A stretch of DNA of 64,000 nucleotides from Candidatus Latescibacterota bacterium (GTDB lineage: Bacteria > Latescibacterota > UBA2968 > GCA-2709665), in assembly GCA_965237675.1 (NCBI GenBank), contig OZ250150.1, positions 3,424,001-3,488,000 of the forward strand, written 5' to 3'. Position numbers and translations under genes: made by a program. Below, in pieces: positions 27,112 through 38,643 of this stretch. The first letter of the stretch is position 1, and each line of letters opens with the position of its first letter. A model generated the notes under the pieces. The model did not search any database. It saw nothing but the letters and a program-made list of their open reading frames with translations, and was not told the DNA's origin.

Positions 27112-28044
27112 CTACCTTACGCTGGCGGCACGGTTCGTGTTGTTCCCGGGGGCAACGCACGATGCGTCGGATGCCGCGACGATTTGTTCAGCGACCCGCG
27201 CGGCACGAACGGCTGATTCAACGTCGTGCACGCGAACAATGTGAGCCCCGGCGGCCACGGAGAAACCGATCGCCGCCAGTGTGCCTTGCAGCCGTGCCTC
27301 CGGCGGCAGATCCGGCGCGGTTCCGATGAATTTCTTGCGAGAGGGGCCGACCAGCAGGGGACGGCCGAGAATATGAAACTCGTCGAGCCGGGCGAGAATT
27401 TCAAAGTTATCGGTATTTCGTTTTCCGAATCCCAGTCCAGGGTCAATCAGAATCCGGTTGGGAGCGATGCCGGCGTCGAGAGCGGTATCCCGTCGCATTT
27501 CGAGAAAACCGAGAATTTCGTGAATCAAGTTGCGATACGTCGGCCTGATTTGCATGGTTCGGGGCGTGCCCTTCATATGCATAAGTACAACCGCGGCCCC
27601 CGTCTGTGCGACGGTTTCGGCCATCAGCGGGTCGAAACGCATCGCGCTTATATCATTCACGACGGATGCGCCCACCTGTATCGCTTTTGCGGCGACCGCC
27701 GCCTTGGTTGTGTCGACGGAGACGATTACGTCTGTTCTCGATGCAATTTCTTCGATCACTGGAGCCGTGCGGCGGATTTCCTCTTCCGTTGAAACGGGAT
27801 GTGCTCCCGGGCCGTACGTCCCGGCCGGACGGGTCGATTCGCCGCCGACGTCGATGATGTCCGCGCCCTCTTCAGCCATCCGAAGCGCGCGTGCAACCGC
27901 CTTTCGAGGCTCGAAATATCGTCCACCGTCGGCAAATGAGTCGGGCGTGACGTTAAGAATCCCCATTATCAGGGTTCGCGCGCCCAGGTGAAGGATCTCG
28001 CTCCGACAATCGAGCCGGCGCGTGGGGGATGCTACGTATCGCAT
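27112..28044 (-). CDS. folP: Dihydropteroate synthase
   Basis: MGILNVTPDSF.DGG, DVGGESTRP, LMHMKG, DPGLGFGK, SRKKF, RVHDV; start uncertain. Confidence 0.95.
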   Translation of the reverse strand: MRYVASPTRRLDCRSEILHLGARTLIMGILNVTPDSFADGGRYFEPRKAVARALRMAEEGADIIDVGGESTRPAGTYGPGAHPVSTEEEIRRTAPVIEEIASRTDVIVSVDTTKAAVAAKAIQVGASVVNDISAMRFDPLMAETVAQTGAAVVLMHMKGTPRTMQIRPTYRNLIHEILGFLEMRRDTALDAGIAPNRILIDPGLGFGKRNTDNFEILARLDEFHILGRPLLVGPSRKKFIGTAPDLPPEARLQGTLAAIGFSVAAGAHIVRVHDVESAVRAARVAEQIVAASDASCVAPGNNTNRAASVR

Positions 28045-28122
28045 GGAAAATGTGGACATGCAAAAGGGATGGCAAAATGACGCCACCATTTACCATCCCT
28101 CAATGATACTCGAGAACCGCGT

Positions 28123-30264
<2,142 letters not shown>

Positions 30265-30287
30265 AAAAACCGCCTTAACGATAACGC

Positions 30288-31739
30288 TTAAGAGGAGGCG
30301 ACAACGCCTCCCCAACCCCCCTTGAAGGTAACGTCCAGGACCGTTTTCGCCCGTTGCGTGACGGCCATGAACTGAGCGGTACGCAAGCCGACCACCCAGA
30401 GAATCGCCTGGCCGCCCATAAGCATCGGAACTTCGTCACGCAACGGTCTGGGTATCTTGAGGTTGATAAACAGGTCGCTGATTTTCTGTGTCCCATTCAG
30501 GCCAAACGGTCTGAAACGATCCGCACGGCGCCGATTTCTCAGAGACAGACCGTCTGAAGGCGCGTCCCAGTCGAAACAGGCACGAAAAGGATCGGACGAT
30601 CGATCGTGTTTTTGAGCCTGGCAGGCTGCCCGGATCCTCGTCTCAAGAACCGCGCCGATTTCAGGTATTTCGGTAACGCCCGGAACGGTGATGTCGGTCT
30701 GAAACGGCGGGGTTGGTCGACTCAGAATCAGCCACGGGCTAGAACGACGAAAGAAGATACCGGATGACACCTGAACCGCGCCGCCAGGTGCCAGACGCAA
30801 GGTCTCCATGCGACTGACGCTCTTTTCATCAAGCGCCCGCGCGCAGCCATGAAGCCGATAAAAGGCCGTTTTGAAGATCCGGCGCTGAAGTGTTATATGA
30901 TAACCGAAAACGGCCTTTTCATCAAGAATTATTTTTCGCTTACCTTCGTAACGCAGGGCCTTTTGGTACGCCGATTCTGCCAGTTGCCCGAGCAGTTGAT
31001 CCTCCCGCTGGATGATCTCCGCGGACCTGGCAAGAACTGCTTCGATGGCGGGGTTGTAGTCGGTCGCGATCTGCGGCAGTAGTTGATGCCGGATACGGTT
31101 CCGAAGGAAGCGGGTGTCGGCGTTGGTATTGTCGTGGCGTACCTGCAGGTTTCGGTGTTCGATATAAGCCTGTATCTGTTGTCTCGAGACCGCCAGGAGG
31201 GGGCGGATCCAGAGGCCGTCGCGGATCGGACGGATCGCGCCGAGTCCGGTTGGACCGGCACCGCGAATCAGTCGCATCAATACGGTTTCTGCCTGATCGC
31301 TGCGGGTATGGCCCAGGGCGATCCGGGAAGCGCCGGTGACACACAGCACGCTTTTGAGAAATCCGAGGCGCGCGTCTCGCGCCGCCGCTTCAGGAGAGCC
31401 CCGGTCCGGCAAGACCACTCTCTCGGAGAAACACGGCAAATCCATCGAGGTCGCGAGATCCGTCACGAACCGTTGGTCCGCATCCGATGCCGGGCCCCTG
31501 AGTTGATGGTTAACGTGGGCGACATAGAGCGCGATATCGAGAGATTTTCGAAGCCGGAATAGCAGATCCAACAGCGAAACGGAATCCGGGCCTCCCGAAA
31601 CGCCGATAACGATCCCGTCTCCGGGTAAGATCATATCGTGCCGTTCGATATAAGACCGCACGACCTGAAGCAGGTCTGGCCTATCGGAAGTTGATCCGGT
31701 CAGTGATGGCATGGCGGGATCGCCGGAGTGGCGAGTCAT
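30288..31739 (-). CDS. tilS: tRNA(Ile)-lysidine synthetase
   Basis: VSGGPDS PP-loop, [20 protein letters not shown]-terminal TilS_C domain. Confidence 0.95.
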   Translation of the reverse strand: MTRHSGDPAMPSLTGSTSDRPDLLQVVRSYIERHDMILPGDGIVIGVSGGPDSVSLLDLLFRLRKSLDIALYVAHVNHQLRGPASDADQRFVTDLATSMDLPCFSERVVLPDRGSPEAAARDARLGFLKSVLCVTGASRIALGHTRSDQAETVLMRLIRGAGPTGLGAIRPIRDGLWIRPLLAVSRQQIQAYIEHRNLQVRHDNTNADTRFLRNRIRHQLLPQIATDYNPAIEAVLARSAEIIQREDQLLGQLAESAYQKALRYEGKRKIILDEKAVFGYHITLQRRIFKTAFYRLHGCARALDEKSVSRMETLRLAPGGAVQVSSGIFFRRSSPWLILSRPTPPFQTDITVPGVTEIPEIGAVLETRIRAACQAQKHDRSSDPFRACFDWDAPSDGLSLRNRRRADRFRPFGLNGTQKISDLFINLKIPRPLRDEVPMLMGGQAILWVVGLRTAQFMAVTQRAKTVLDVTFKGGWGGVVASS

Positions 31740-32015
31740 GGCATGGTTCCGGACACGCTGCCTTCTGTAGCGGCGGCCCGGCGCGAACGATTTAACCGCT
31801 ATTGTCAGGCGGCGGATTCATGGTCTCCGACGCATCGGGTTTCGAATGGCGCTCCGGCATCTCGATCGTTAGACGCGGTTGAAATCGGTTCGGTTTCCGG
31901 AAAATCCGGATGTGGACGATTGACATGAGCGTTCGGAAGTCTCCTATTCAACGGGCCGCACAGAAAATAGACGTTTCACAACCTCCTTGCAAGGATAGAA
32001 AAACACGGGTGGAAC

Positions 32016-33002
32016 TCAGGGCAGGCGTTTGCCGAAGTTCTTTGCGAATTCCAGAAAGTCCGGAAAGTCGACCCGTCCGTTCCCATTCAGGTCGTAGATG
32101 GCGTTGTCGGTGTTGAAGGCCTGGGCAAAGCCGATGAAGTCACTGAATCCGATTTCCCCGTCACCGTCGAAATCCGCCCGGGAGTCGCCATAGACAACGA
32201 CGGCCGTTCCGGAGAGCGAGACGGCAATGCTGCTGTTTTCCGGGTCGTTGCTCAGAATAGTGATGGTGCCGGAGAAAGGGCCGGCCTCCACGGGGGTGAA
32301 GGTGATTTCGACCTTCGCGCTGTCTCCCGCCGCAACGATTAGTTCGGTTTGACTGACGGAGACCCCGTCGAGGTCGGATTGAATGTTGGTAATGTCGAGG
32401 GCGTTTTCGCCGGTATTCTTCACGACCAGGGTCAAGGTCCTGGATTCTCCCGCTGGAACGTCCTCACCAAAGTCGAGTGATGAATTGGAAATATTGATTG
32501 CAGGCGGCAGGACGGTCAGCAGTTGGCGGATACGCGCGGCCGTGGCGCTAAGGCCGGATGCGGTGCGCCCCCCGATGTGGCGGACGATCCCTTCTCGGTC
32601 CGCGACTAACAAAGTGTGAACACCGAGGGTGGTCTGAACGTTGCGGCCGGCCTCCAACAGCAGCGGGAATGTGATCGAGGTCGCTGCCTGAAAGCCTTGA
32701 AGTTGCGACTTGTTGCCATTATATAGGTCAAGCCCCAGGACCGTTACGCCATCGTCCTGGAACGCCTTCCAGATCTCTTTTTCTATGGACGGACCCGCCG
32801 CCCTGCACGTAGGTCAGTTATGGCCCAGGTAATAGAGGACCAGGACACTGCCCTTGTAATTCGCCGGGGTGTAGGTTTTTCCATCCAATCCCGTCAGCGA
32901 GAAGTTGGGTACTGCATGGTCGACCTGCTGGGCTTCCGTGGGCCCCAACGGGTAGAGTCCCAGAACCAGCAGGAATACGACAAACGTAGCGATTCGACTC
33001 AT
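32016..33002 (-). CDS. Secreted selenoprotein: AhpC/TSA-redoxin domain (U63-P-T-C66) + Ig-like (ASH/choice-of-anchor D-like) domain + dockerin/EF-hand-like C-terminal domain, 328 aa
   Basis: ORFs 32814..33161 and 32016..32657 share one frame separated only by TGA at 32814-32816. Read-through gives VLVLYYLGHN-U-PTCRAAGPSIEKEIWKAFQDDGVTVLGLD..ITFPLL. RBS GGAGG precedes ATG 33002; signal peptide present. Confidence 0.85.
32782..32816 (-). promoter_or_regulatory. Candidate bacterial SECIS element
   Basis: mRNA UGA-CCUACGUGCA-GGGCGG-CGGGU-CCGUCC: a 6-bp stem starting 10 nt after UGA, with a G-rich apical loop. Confidence 0.6.
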
Positions 33003-33036
33003 CGCAATCCTCCATTGAGAGAGTGTGTGGCCTGCG

Positions 33037-34620
33037 TCAGAAATGGGTTTTAATTCGCATTTCAAGTCCATTGAATGGCAGCACCTGATAGCAGGTGCCC
33101 GATGTACATGCGGCGCCGCCGCGCCTGCGCCCGGCGAAAACGAGGGCTTCGTATCGTTCAAGGAAGCGGACGTTCAGATTGACCGCCAACCAGGTGCGCG
33201 TCCCGGTCTCAATCCGATCCGCCGTTGCGCCATCGTCCACTTCAAACGGATCGTTGGTGCGGTCCAGAACAAGAGCGGCACCCATGCCCGACGAATGCTG
33301 ATACGAGGCCTGGGCAAAGACATCCCGGAACGCCGGTTCGTTTTGTGGTAGCCTGGCCGCGCGCCGGACCTGCAGATTGAATCCCAGGACATCCCCGCGG
33401 GGTGTAATGGATTCGACCCCCACGCCAGCGATTCTGTGCTTCCCGATCCCCTTCAGTTCGTCTTTTCCCCAGTCGACGAACAGGTTGGTTGAGATCGCGT
33501 GGCCCCGATCTTCCGACGGGAGGTCGACGTCCACGCCTAAATACCGCTCGTTGAAGGTTTTTACGAAGCCGGGCGCCAGTTCGTTCTCTCCCGTGCTTAT
33601 GTTGGCCGTCAGCGTGCCCAGGCCGAATAGCGTATATGTGGCTTCCGCCTGATAGCCTTTTTCGGTATCGGCAAGCAGGGCGTGGGTAGATCTGTTGAGT
33701 AACACAGCCGAATGTTCACGAACCAGGGATGGGGGATCGTTGAAACTGAAGGCGAAATTCCGATAGTCTTTATATTCCACGCTCAGGCCCAGGTTTGAAA
33801 TGCCGGAGTTGGCGGAAAGATAGAGGGCGCTTCCGTCCACGTGAATGTCCTTCAGCCCGGCATATTCGGCGTAGACGGTCGCGTAGACGTCCGGCCGGCC
33901 CGATGCTTCGAATGCGGGAGTCATGTCGAGTTCCAGGAAACCGGACCATGTGCGGGTTGAGTCAAGCCTGCTGGCATGATGGCTGACGGCCGTGACACCT
34001 GTCTTGATCGGGTTGGTGGGGCGTAACGAGATCTCGCCCCCGACGAGCCAGTTGTCCCTCCGAGGTATCTCGCGCAGAGGGTCTCCCGCCCGTACCGCGG
34101 GCGGAATGTCGCCCAATACGGGACGCCCGATCAGGGCTTTGGCCTCGGCTTGCCGTCCCGACCAGGTGGCTATACCGCCCTCCAGGTCTCGCGACGGCGA
34201 ATAGCGACGCCGGTATTGAGCGCTCTCCAGTATCACCCCCGGGAGATCGAAGGCCCTGAGCGTGATTCCCCGGCCCAGTATGGCGTAGTAGTTGCCCGCG
34301 ACCAGTTCGGTGGGTCCGCGATTCCACCGCAGGTGCTTCTGTGAAATATGCACCACCTGGTAGTCAACCGTTGAAAGCTGCGAGCCCGGGGCGGGGTGCC
34401 GCCACGAATTGAAGATTTCCGCCCGGATTCCTGCCTGAAGTCCGTGCCGGTTATAATCGACATCGAACTGCTCGTAAAGTGTGGAGACCGCCAGTGAATC
34501 CCCGCCCGGTACGCGGCCGCGCTGGATTTCGGTCAGACTGAAGGCCGTGACTTGCGCGGATGACGGGGTCGCGTTGAGGAGCAAAAGGAGTGCTCCCAGG
34601 CTATTTCTCAGCGTGGGCAT
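33037..34620 (-). CDS. DUF6029-like outer-membrane beta-barrel protein with C-terminal CxxxxC
   Basis: Signal peptide; GNYYAILGRGITLRA, EYKDY..NDPPSL..EH, G.RRGG..CTSGTC..V..FNG; C-terminal Phe strand (LEMRIKTHF). Family recognised from memory. Confidence 0.75.
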   Translation of the reverse strand: MPTLRNSLGALLLLLNATPSSAQVTAFSLTEIQRGRVPGGDSLAVSTLYEQFDVDYNRHGLQAGIRAEIFNSWRHPAPGSQLSTVDYQVVHISQKHLRWNRGPTELVAGNYYAILGRGITLRAFDLPGVILESAQYRRRYSPSRDLEGGIATWSGRQAEAKALIGRPVLGDIPPAVRAGDPLREIPRRDNWLVGGEISLRPTNPIKTGVTAVSHHASRLDSTRTWSGFLELDMTPAFEASGRPDVYATVYAEYAGLKDIHVDGSALYLSANSGISNLGLSVEYKDYRNFAFSFNDPPSLVREHSAVLLNRSTHALLADTEKGYQAEATYTLFGLGTLTANISTGENELAPGFVKTFNERYLGVDVDLPSEDRGHAISTNLFVDWGKDELKGIGKHRIAGVGVESITPRGDVLGFNLQVRRAARLPQNEPAFRDVFAQASYQHSSGMGAALVLDRTNDPFEVDDGATADRIETGTRTWLAVNLNVRFLERYEALVFAGRRRGGAACTSGTCYQVLPFNGLEMRIKTHF

Positions 34621-35137
34621 CTGCGTTTGCCTCGGCGTCTCCGGGCTTTGAAAAGAGCGACTCTACTGCGGCCAGTAACGCTTCGGCGTTTTTCGAATTG
34701 TATCCGACCTGCCGGAGCGTAATCTCGCCATTCTGCGTGATCAACAGCGTGGTTGGCAGGACATTGACTTGCATTCGCCGCATCACGCCGCTGTCGGAGT
34801 CCAGGGCGATGGGGAAGCTGACGTTTCGCGCCCGGAGAAAGGGTTTCACCCTGTTCTGGCCTCGTGGCCCGTCCACGTTGATGCCAAGTACCGTGAGTCC
34901 GGATTTTCCGTATTTCTCGTGGATCTTCTGAAGTTTGGGCATCGCCTTGACGCAGGGCTTGCAATAGGTCGCCCAGAAATCCAGAAGCACCGGTCCTTTC
35001 GTCAGAAGGGTTTTGAGGTTGACCCGTTCGCCCTGCAGGTTCCGGAGGTTGAAGTCGGGCGCGGAGGCGGCATCCGAGGATGCGACGCCGAGGACGATGG
35101 AGGCGATTGCAACGAACAATGGACGATTCGATTTCAT
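34601..35137 (-). CDS. TlpA-family disulfide reductase, exported
   Basis: Signal peptide, APDFNL, LDFWATYCKPC, VLGINVD, VLPTTLLI; overlaps the next gene by 20 nt. Confidence 0.9.
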   Translation of the reverse strand: MKSNRPLFVAIASIVLGVASSDAASAPDFNLRNLQGERVNLKTLLTKGPVLLDFWATYCKPCVKAMPKLQKIHEKYGKSGLTVLGINVDGPRGQNRVKPFLRARNVSFPIALDSDSGVMRRMQVNVLPTTLLITQNGEITLRQVGYNSKNAEALLAAVESLFSKPGDAEANADAHAEK

Positions 35138-35267
35138 CAATAGGAACTCTCCGCTGAACCGCGCCGGCCTGAGCACTGAAGGTTTTTCATGGCATAGGCG
35201 CCCGGACCTCGGTGTGGTTTCCGGCCCGGGACTCGCCATTGCGACGCATTTTGCGTCGAATCGCTTA

Positions 35268-35296
35268 ACAATAACCGAAATTCCCCGCCACATCAA
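35268..35296 (-). promoter_or_regulatory. Putative promoter of the tlpA-DUF6029-selenoprotein operon
   Basis: TTGATG-N17-TATTGT; inverted repeat CGACGCA-N3-TGCGTCG at 35242-35258 just downstream. Confidence 0.4.
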
Positions 35297-35572
35297 GCAC
35301 GATTTTTTCTGCCCGAGTGCCGCCGTACATTGAGAAGATGGGGATCACAACGCACCGGCTGCGCCGGAGCCCTGCAAGCAAGGTAACAACAGTATGGTGC
35401 GGAACTGACCGACGACCCGAAACTCTCCCACCCGGGCAGCCAGGGTCGCGCCGGCGGGAGACCGCCTGGTCAATCAGGATGGCGCGAATGGTTTGCGATC
35501 CTCTGAAAAGTCTTTGTGCAGTCCAGCCGAGTGCGAGGTGCGATGACCGCCCTTCCTTCAATCCGTTTCCGC

Positions 35573-35601
35573 TTGCAGCGCCTTTCCACTCAGCCTATAT
35601 T
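35573..35601 (+). promoter_or_regulatory. Putative sigma70 promoter of the Gfo/Idh/MocA gene
   Basis: TTGCAG-N17-TATATT. Confidence 0.5.
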
Positions 35602-35614
35602 GAAAATATACATC

Positions 35615-35638
35615 CCACTTGCGGGCGCCCGCAAGTGG
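35615..35638. repeat. Perfect 24-bp palindrome
   Basis: CCACTTGCGGGCGCCCGCAAGTGG equals its own reverse complement. Confidence 0.9.
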
Positions 35639-35764
35639 CGGAAATATAATGTCATTAATGCGCCGGGGTCGCGACAAGCGCGTTATCGTGTAGTCAATGG
35701 CGAGGCCGGGCGCGAGGCCGTCCGCGTTGCGGGCGGTCGTTGAATTTCATCAGGAAGGGGCGCA

Positions 35765-36817
35765 ATGGTACAGATTGGCATTATCGGTATCGGATTTATG
35801 GGGATGACCCACTATCGAGGCGCCCGTCGGGTGAAAGGCGGGAAGGTGACGGCCATCTGCACGCGGGACGAAAAAAAGTTAAAGGGGGATTGGCGGGGGA
35901 TTCACGGGAATTTCGGGGACCCCGGAGGCATTGAAGATTTGTCCGGGATCCGGACGTACCGGAAGATCGAAGATCTGTTGGCGGATCCGGAAATCGATCT
36001 TGTGAACATCTGCCTGCCCTCGGCGATGCATAGGGACGTGACGATAGCGGCGTTGCGGGCGGGAAAGCACGTGCTGCTTGAAAAACCGATCGCGTTGAAC
36101 CCGAAAGACGCCAACCGGATGGTTCAAGAGGCAAGCAAGACGCGGCGCTCGCTGATGGTGGCGCAGGTGCTGCCGTTTTTTCCGGAATTCGCCTATGCCC
36201 GAAGGGTCGTGGAGGAGGGGAAGTACGGCGAGCTTCTGGGCGCGCACTTCAAGCGGATTATTTCGCAGCCCGACTGGTCTTCCGAATTTGGAGACGTCGA
36301 ACGAAGCGGCGGACCGGGTGTTGACCTGCACATCCACGATACCCACTACATTCTTCTGCTGTGCGGCGTCCCCGACCAGGTATCTTCAACCGGCCGCCTC
36401 GTTAACGATCGTTACGCCGAGTATCTGTGTACGAGCTACAGGTACCACGACCGACCGGGTCTGAGCATCACCTGCGCTTCCGGGGCGATTTCGCAGCCCG
36501 GCCGCGCGTTTGCCCACGGATTCGAGATCTACCTCGAGCAGGCAACGCTGATTTACGAATTTGCCACGTTGGGCGATAAGCCGGTTCTGTCCATGCCTCT
36601 CACGCTACTTACGGACGACAAGAAAGTCCGAAAACCCAGATTGGGCTCGGGCGATCCGGTAGTCGCGTTTACTCGTGAGATTCAGGCTGCGGTCGATGAA
36701 GTGGCGAGCGGGGTTCCCGCCGAGGCACTGTCCGGGGTTCGGGCGGCGGACGCCCTCCGGCTCTGTTTCAAGGAGGTCGAGTCCGTGCGTCGCGGGCGGG
36801 CGGTGCGGGTAAAATAG
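35765..36817 (+). CDS. Gfo/Idh/MocA family oxidoreductase
   Basis: IGIIGIGFMG, AGKHVLLEKP, DLHIHD. Confidence 0.92.
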   Translation: MVQIGIIGIGFMGMTHYRGARRVKGGKVTAICTRDEKKLKGDWRGIHGNFGDPGGIEDLSGIRTYRKIEDLLADPEIDLVNICLPSAMHRDVTIAALRAGKHVLLEKPIALNPKDANRMVQEASKTRRSLMVAQVLPFFPEFAYARRVVEEGKYGELLGAHFKRIISQPDWSSEFGDVERSGGPGVDLHIHDTHYILLLCGVPDQVSSTGRLVNDRYAEYLCTSYRYHDRPGLSITCASGAISQPGRAFAHGFEIYLEQATLIYEFATLGDKPVLSMPLTLLTDDKKVRKPRLGSGDPVVAFTREIQAAVDEVASGVPAEALSGVRAADALRLCFKEVESVRRGRAVRVK

Positions 36818-37014
36818 GGAATGGGCGAGGATAGGGAGGAAAGCGCTGGGCGGACGAGCGGTCACGGGTGTGAGACAGATTCGGAGCGTGACGTATCGGG
36901 ATACATCGCCTGCTTGTTTTCGAAGGGCATACTACGGCGGATTCCGATGTCGCATCTTCGGGTTTGCTCGGAGCCCGGACCGGGCAGAAATCGCCGCGTT
37001 CCCGCTTACCGGCG

Positions 37015-38472
37015 TTAATTTCTCACCGCGATATCAACCGGTTTGCCCTGGGCGAACTCCGCTTCGACATTGCTCAGGCCGAAAAGGGTCGCGGAAAGGT
37101 CTCGGAGGGAGAGGGGTTCGGTAACGCGCAGACCCGCCGGCAGGCGGGGACCGATGAGAAGCGCGCGGTTGCCTGCCACATCCAGTAAGGCCAGGGTCGT
37201 CCGGTTCTGATAGCGGTGATGCTCCAGTACGACTTTCCGGATCTGTTCGATCGTATTGCGGCTGTCGGATCCGCCGGACAATTGAAAAAGCATCAGATCG
37301 GGTTGCGCCCTGGGAAGACAGGCAAGGACAAGCGAACTCACGAAGGCGTTCTTGAGTTCCAGGTTCTGATCGGAAGAAACGAGGGTCCTGACGACGAGCC
37401 GCGCCAGGACTTTGTTTTTGACGATTTTGTTGATTTTAAGTTTTTTCGGGGTGAGCGTCGGGTAGACAACATTGTCGATAAATGCCTGTGACCTGCCCTC
37501 CGACCTGGCTTCGTCCAGTGCAAGGCGGATTTTTTCCGCCGCCTGGTCTAAAGCGGAAGCCCGCACCGAGAGACACCCGAATTTCTTGTATTTCTTGTGT
37601 TTGCTGCGGTCCGGCGGGGCGCGATCGTCGAGATAGAAAGCCAGTGTGCGGGTACGGGTTTTGTCGTTAAGGGCGCGATTGTGATATTCGAAAAGGGTCG
37701 GGTGTGCGAGTTTGTCTCCCTTCAGCGCGTCGTCGCGGCCGGTCAGCAGGGTGGCCAGCCATCGTTCTGGCGGATTCGAAAAGGGCACGGTCTCCAGAAG
37801 GGTTCCCTGCGCGAGCAGGCTCTCGTCCAGCGTTGAATCGGATGATCCGGATTGCGCATGCATGATTGCGATTGCGAGTAGCGCCGGGGGGAAGTCCGCA
37901 CCCTCATAGACAAACCGATTGAACGCGGTTTCGATTCTTGCCCTCTGTTCCGGCATAATTTGCACATCAGGATTTCGCGGCCGCCTCTGAGCCGGCTCCC
38001 CGCGTTGCCCGGTTCCACGTCGCCGGCCAGGACCCTGTCGCAGTCCAGGTTCCCGACGTTGTCCAGGGCCCCTTCGCGTCCCGAAGATGCCTGCGATCGC
38101 CTCGCCGAAAGCCGCGCGCAGATCCCCATTCGACGCTTCCCTGGCCTTTATGAAAAAGTGTCTGAATCGCTCCCGCTCCTGCGGGAAGAAGTCATCCCAG
38201 TGTGTCAAAGAGTTAAGTATATAAGTCCTTATCGGGAGGGGAAGCCGGCGAAACGTCTCCTCGTTCCCCTTGACCAGGTCGTAGGCGCCAGTGGGGAGGT
38301 TGGAGAACTGGTCTCTTTGAAGTGGACTGAGATCAACGCCCCCGCCGCCTCTTCGACCTCTTCCGCCTCCGCCCCTTCGTTGCGCAAGCGTGTCCTCACA
38401 GGCAAGCAATAGGACAAGAAGGGTTGCCACGAGCGATATTATTCCTTGAGATGGTCTGGGGTAAACGGTCAT
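37015..38472 (-). CDS. Hypothetical exported protein with Arg/Gly-rich repeats
   Basis: Signal-peptide-like N-terminus, RBS GGAGG, 485-aa ORF; no recognisable family. Confidence 0.65.
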   Translation of the reverse strand: MTVYPRPSQGIISLVATLLVLLLACEDTLAQRRGGGGRGRRGGGGVDLSPLQRDQFSNLPTGAYDLVKGNEETFRRLPLPIRTYILNSLTHWDDFFPQERERFRHFFIKAREASNGDLRAAFGEAIAGIFGTRRGPGQRREPGLRQGPGRRRGTGQRGEPAQRRPRNPDVQIMPEQRARIETAFNRFVYEGADFPPALLAIAIMHAQSGSSDSTLDESLLAQGTLLETVPFSNPPERWLATLLTGRDDALKGDKLAHPTLFEYHNRALNDKTRTRTLAFYLDDRAPPDRSKHKKYKKFGCLSVRASALDQAAEKIRLALDEARSEGRSQAFIDNVVYPTLTPKKLKINKIVKNKVLARLVVRTLVSSDQNLELKNAFVSSLVLACLPRAQPDLMLFQLSGGSDSRNTIEQIRKVVLEHHRYQNRTTLALLDVAGNRALLIGPRLPAGLRVTEPLSLRDLSATLFGLSNVEAEFAQGKPVDIAVRN

Positions 38473-38643
38473 TTTTCGCCTCCCCGAGCGAAGGTCAAGG
38501 AATTACGTACATGGTTTGGTTGCGGACTCTGCTTCGCGGCCGATTTTGTCAGCCGTAGACGATCGATTCCGCTGCTTTTGTCGCCCGCCGCGCCGTCGTG
38601 AACGAGGGCAGGACCGTCGCGCGAAACCGGGCGGGACGGTCGT

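Noticed and set aside
32814-32816. TGA as a pseudogenising stop or as a sign of a UGA=Trp/Gly genetic code
   Set aside because: It sits precisely at the redox-motif position with a SECIS-like hairpin, and other genes here (e.g. ruvB, metG, hisF) end normally at TGA.
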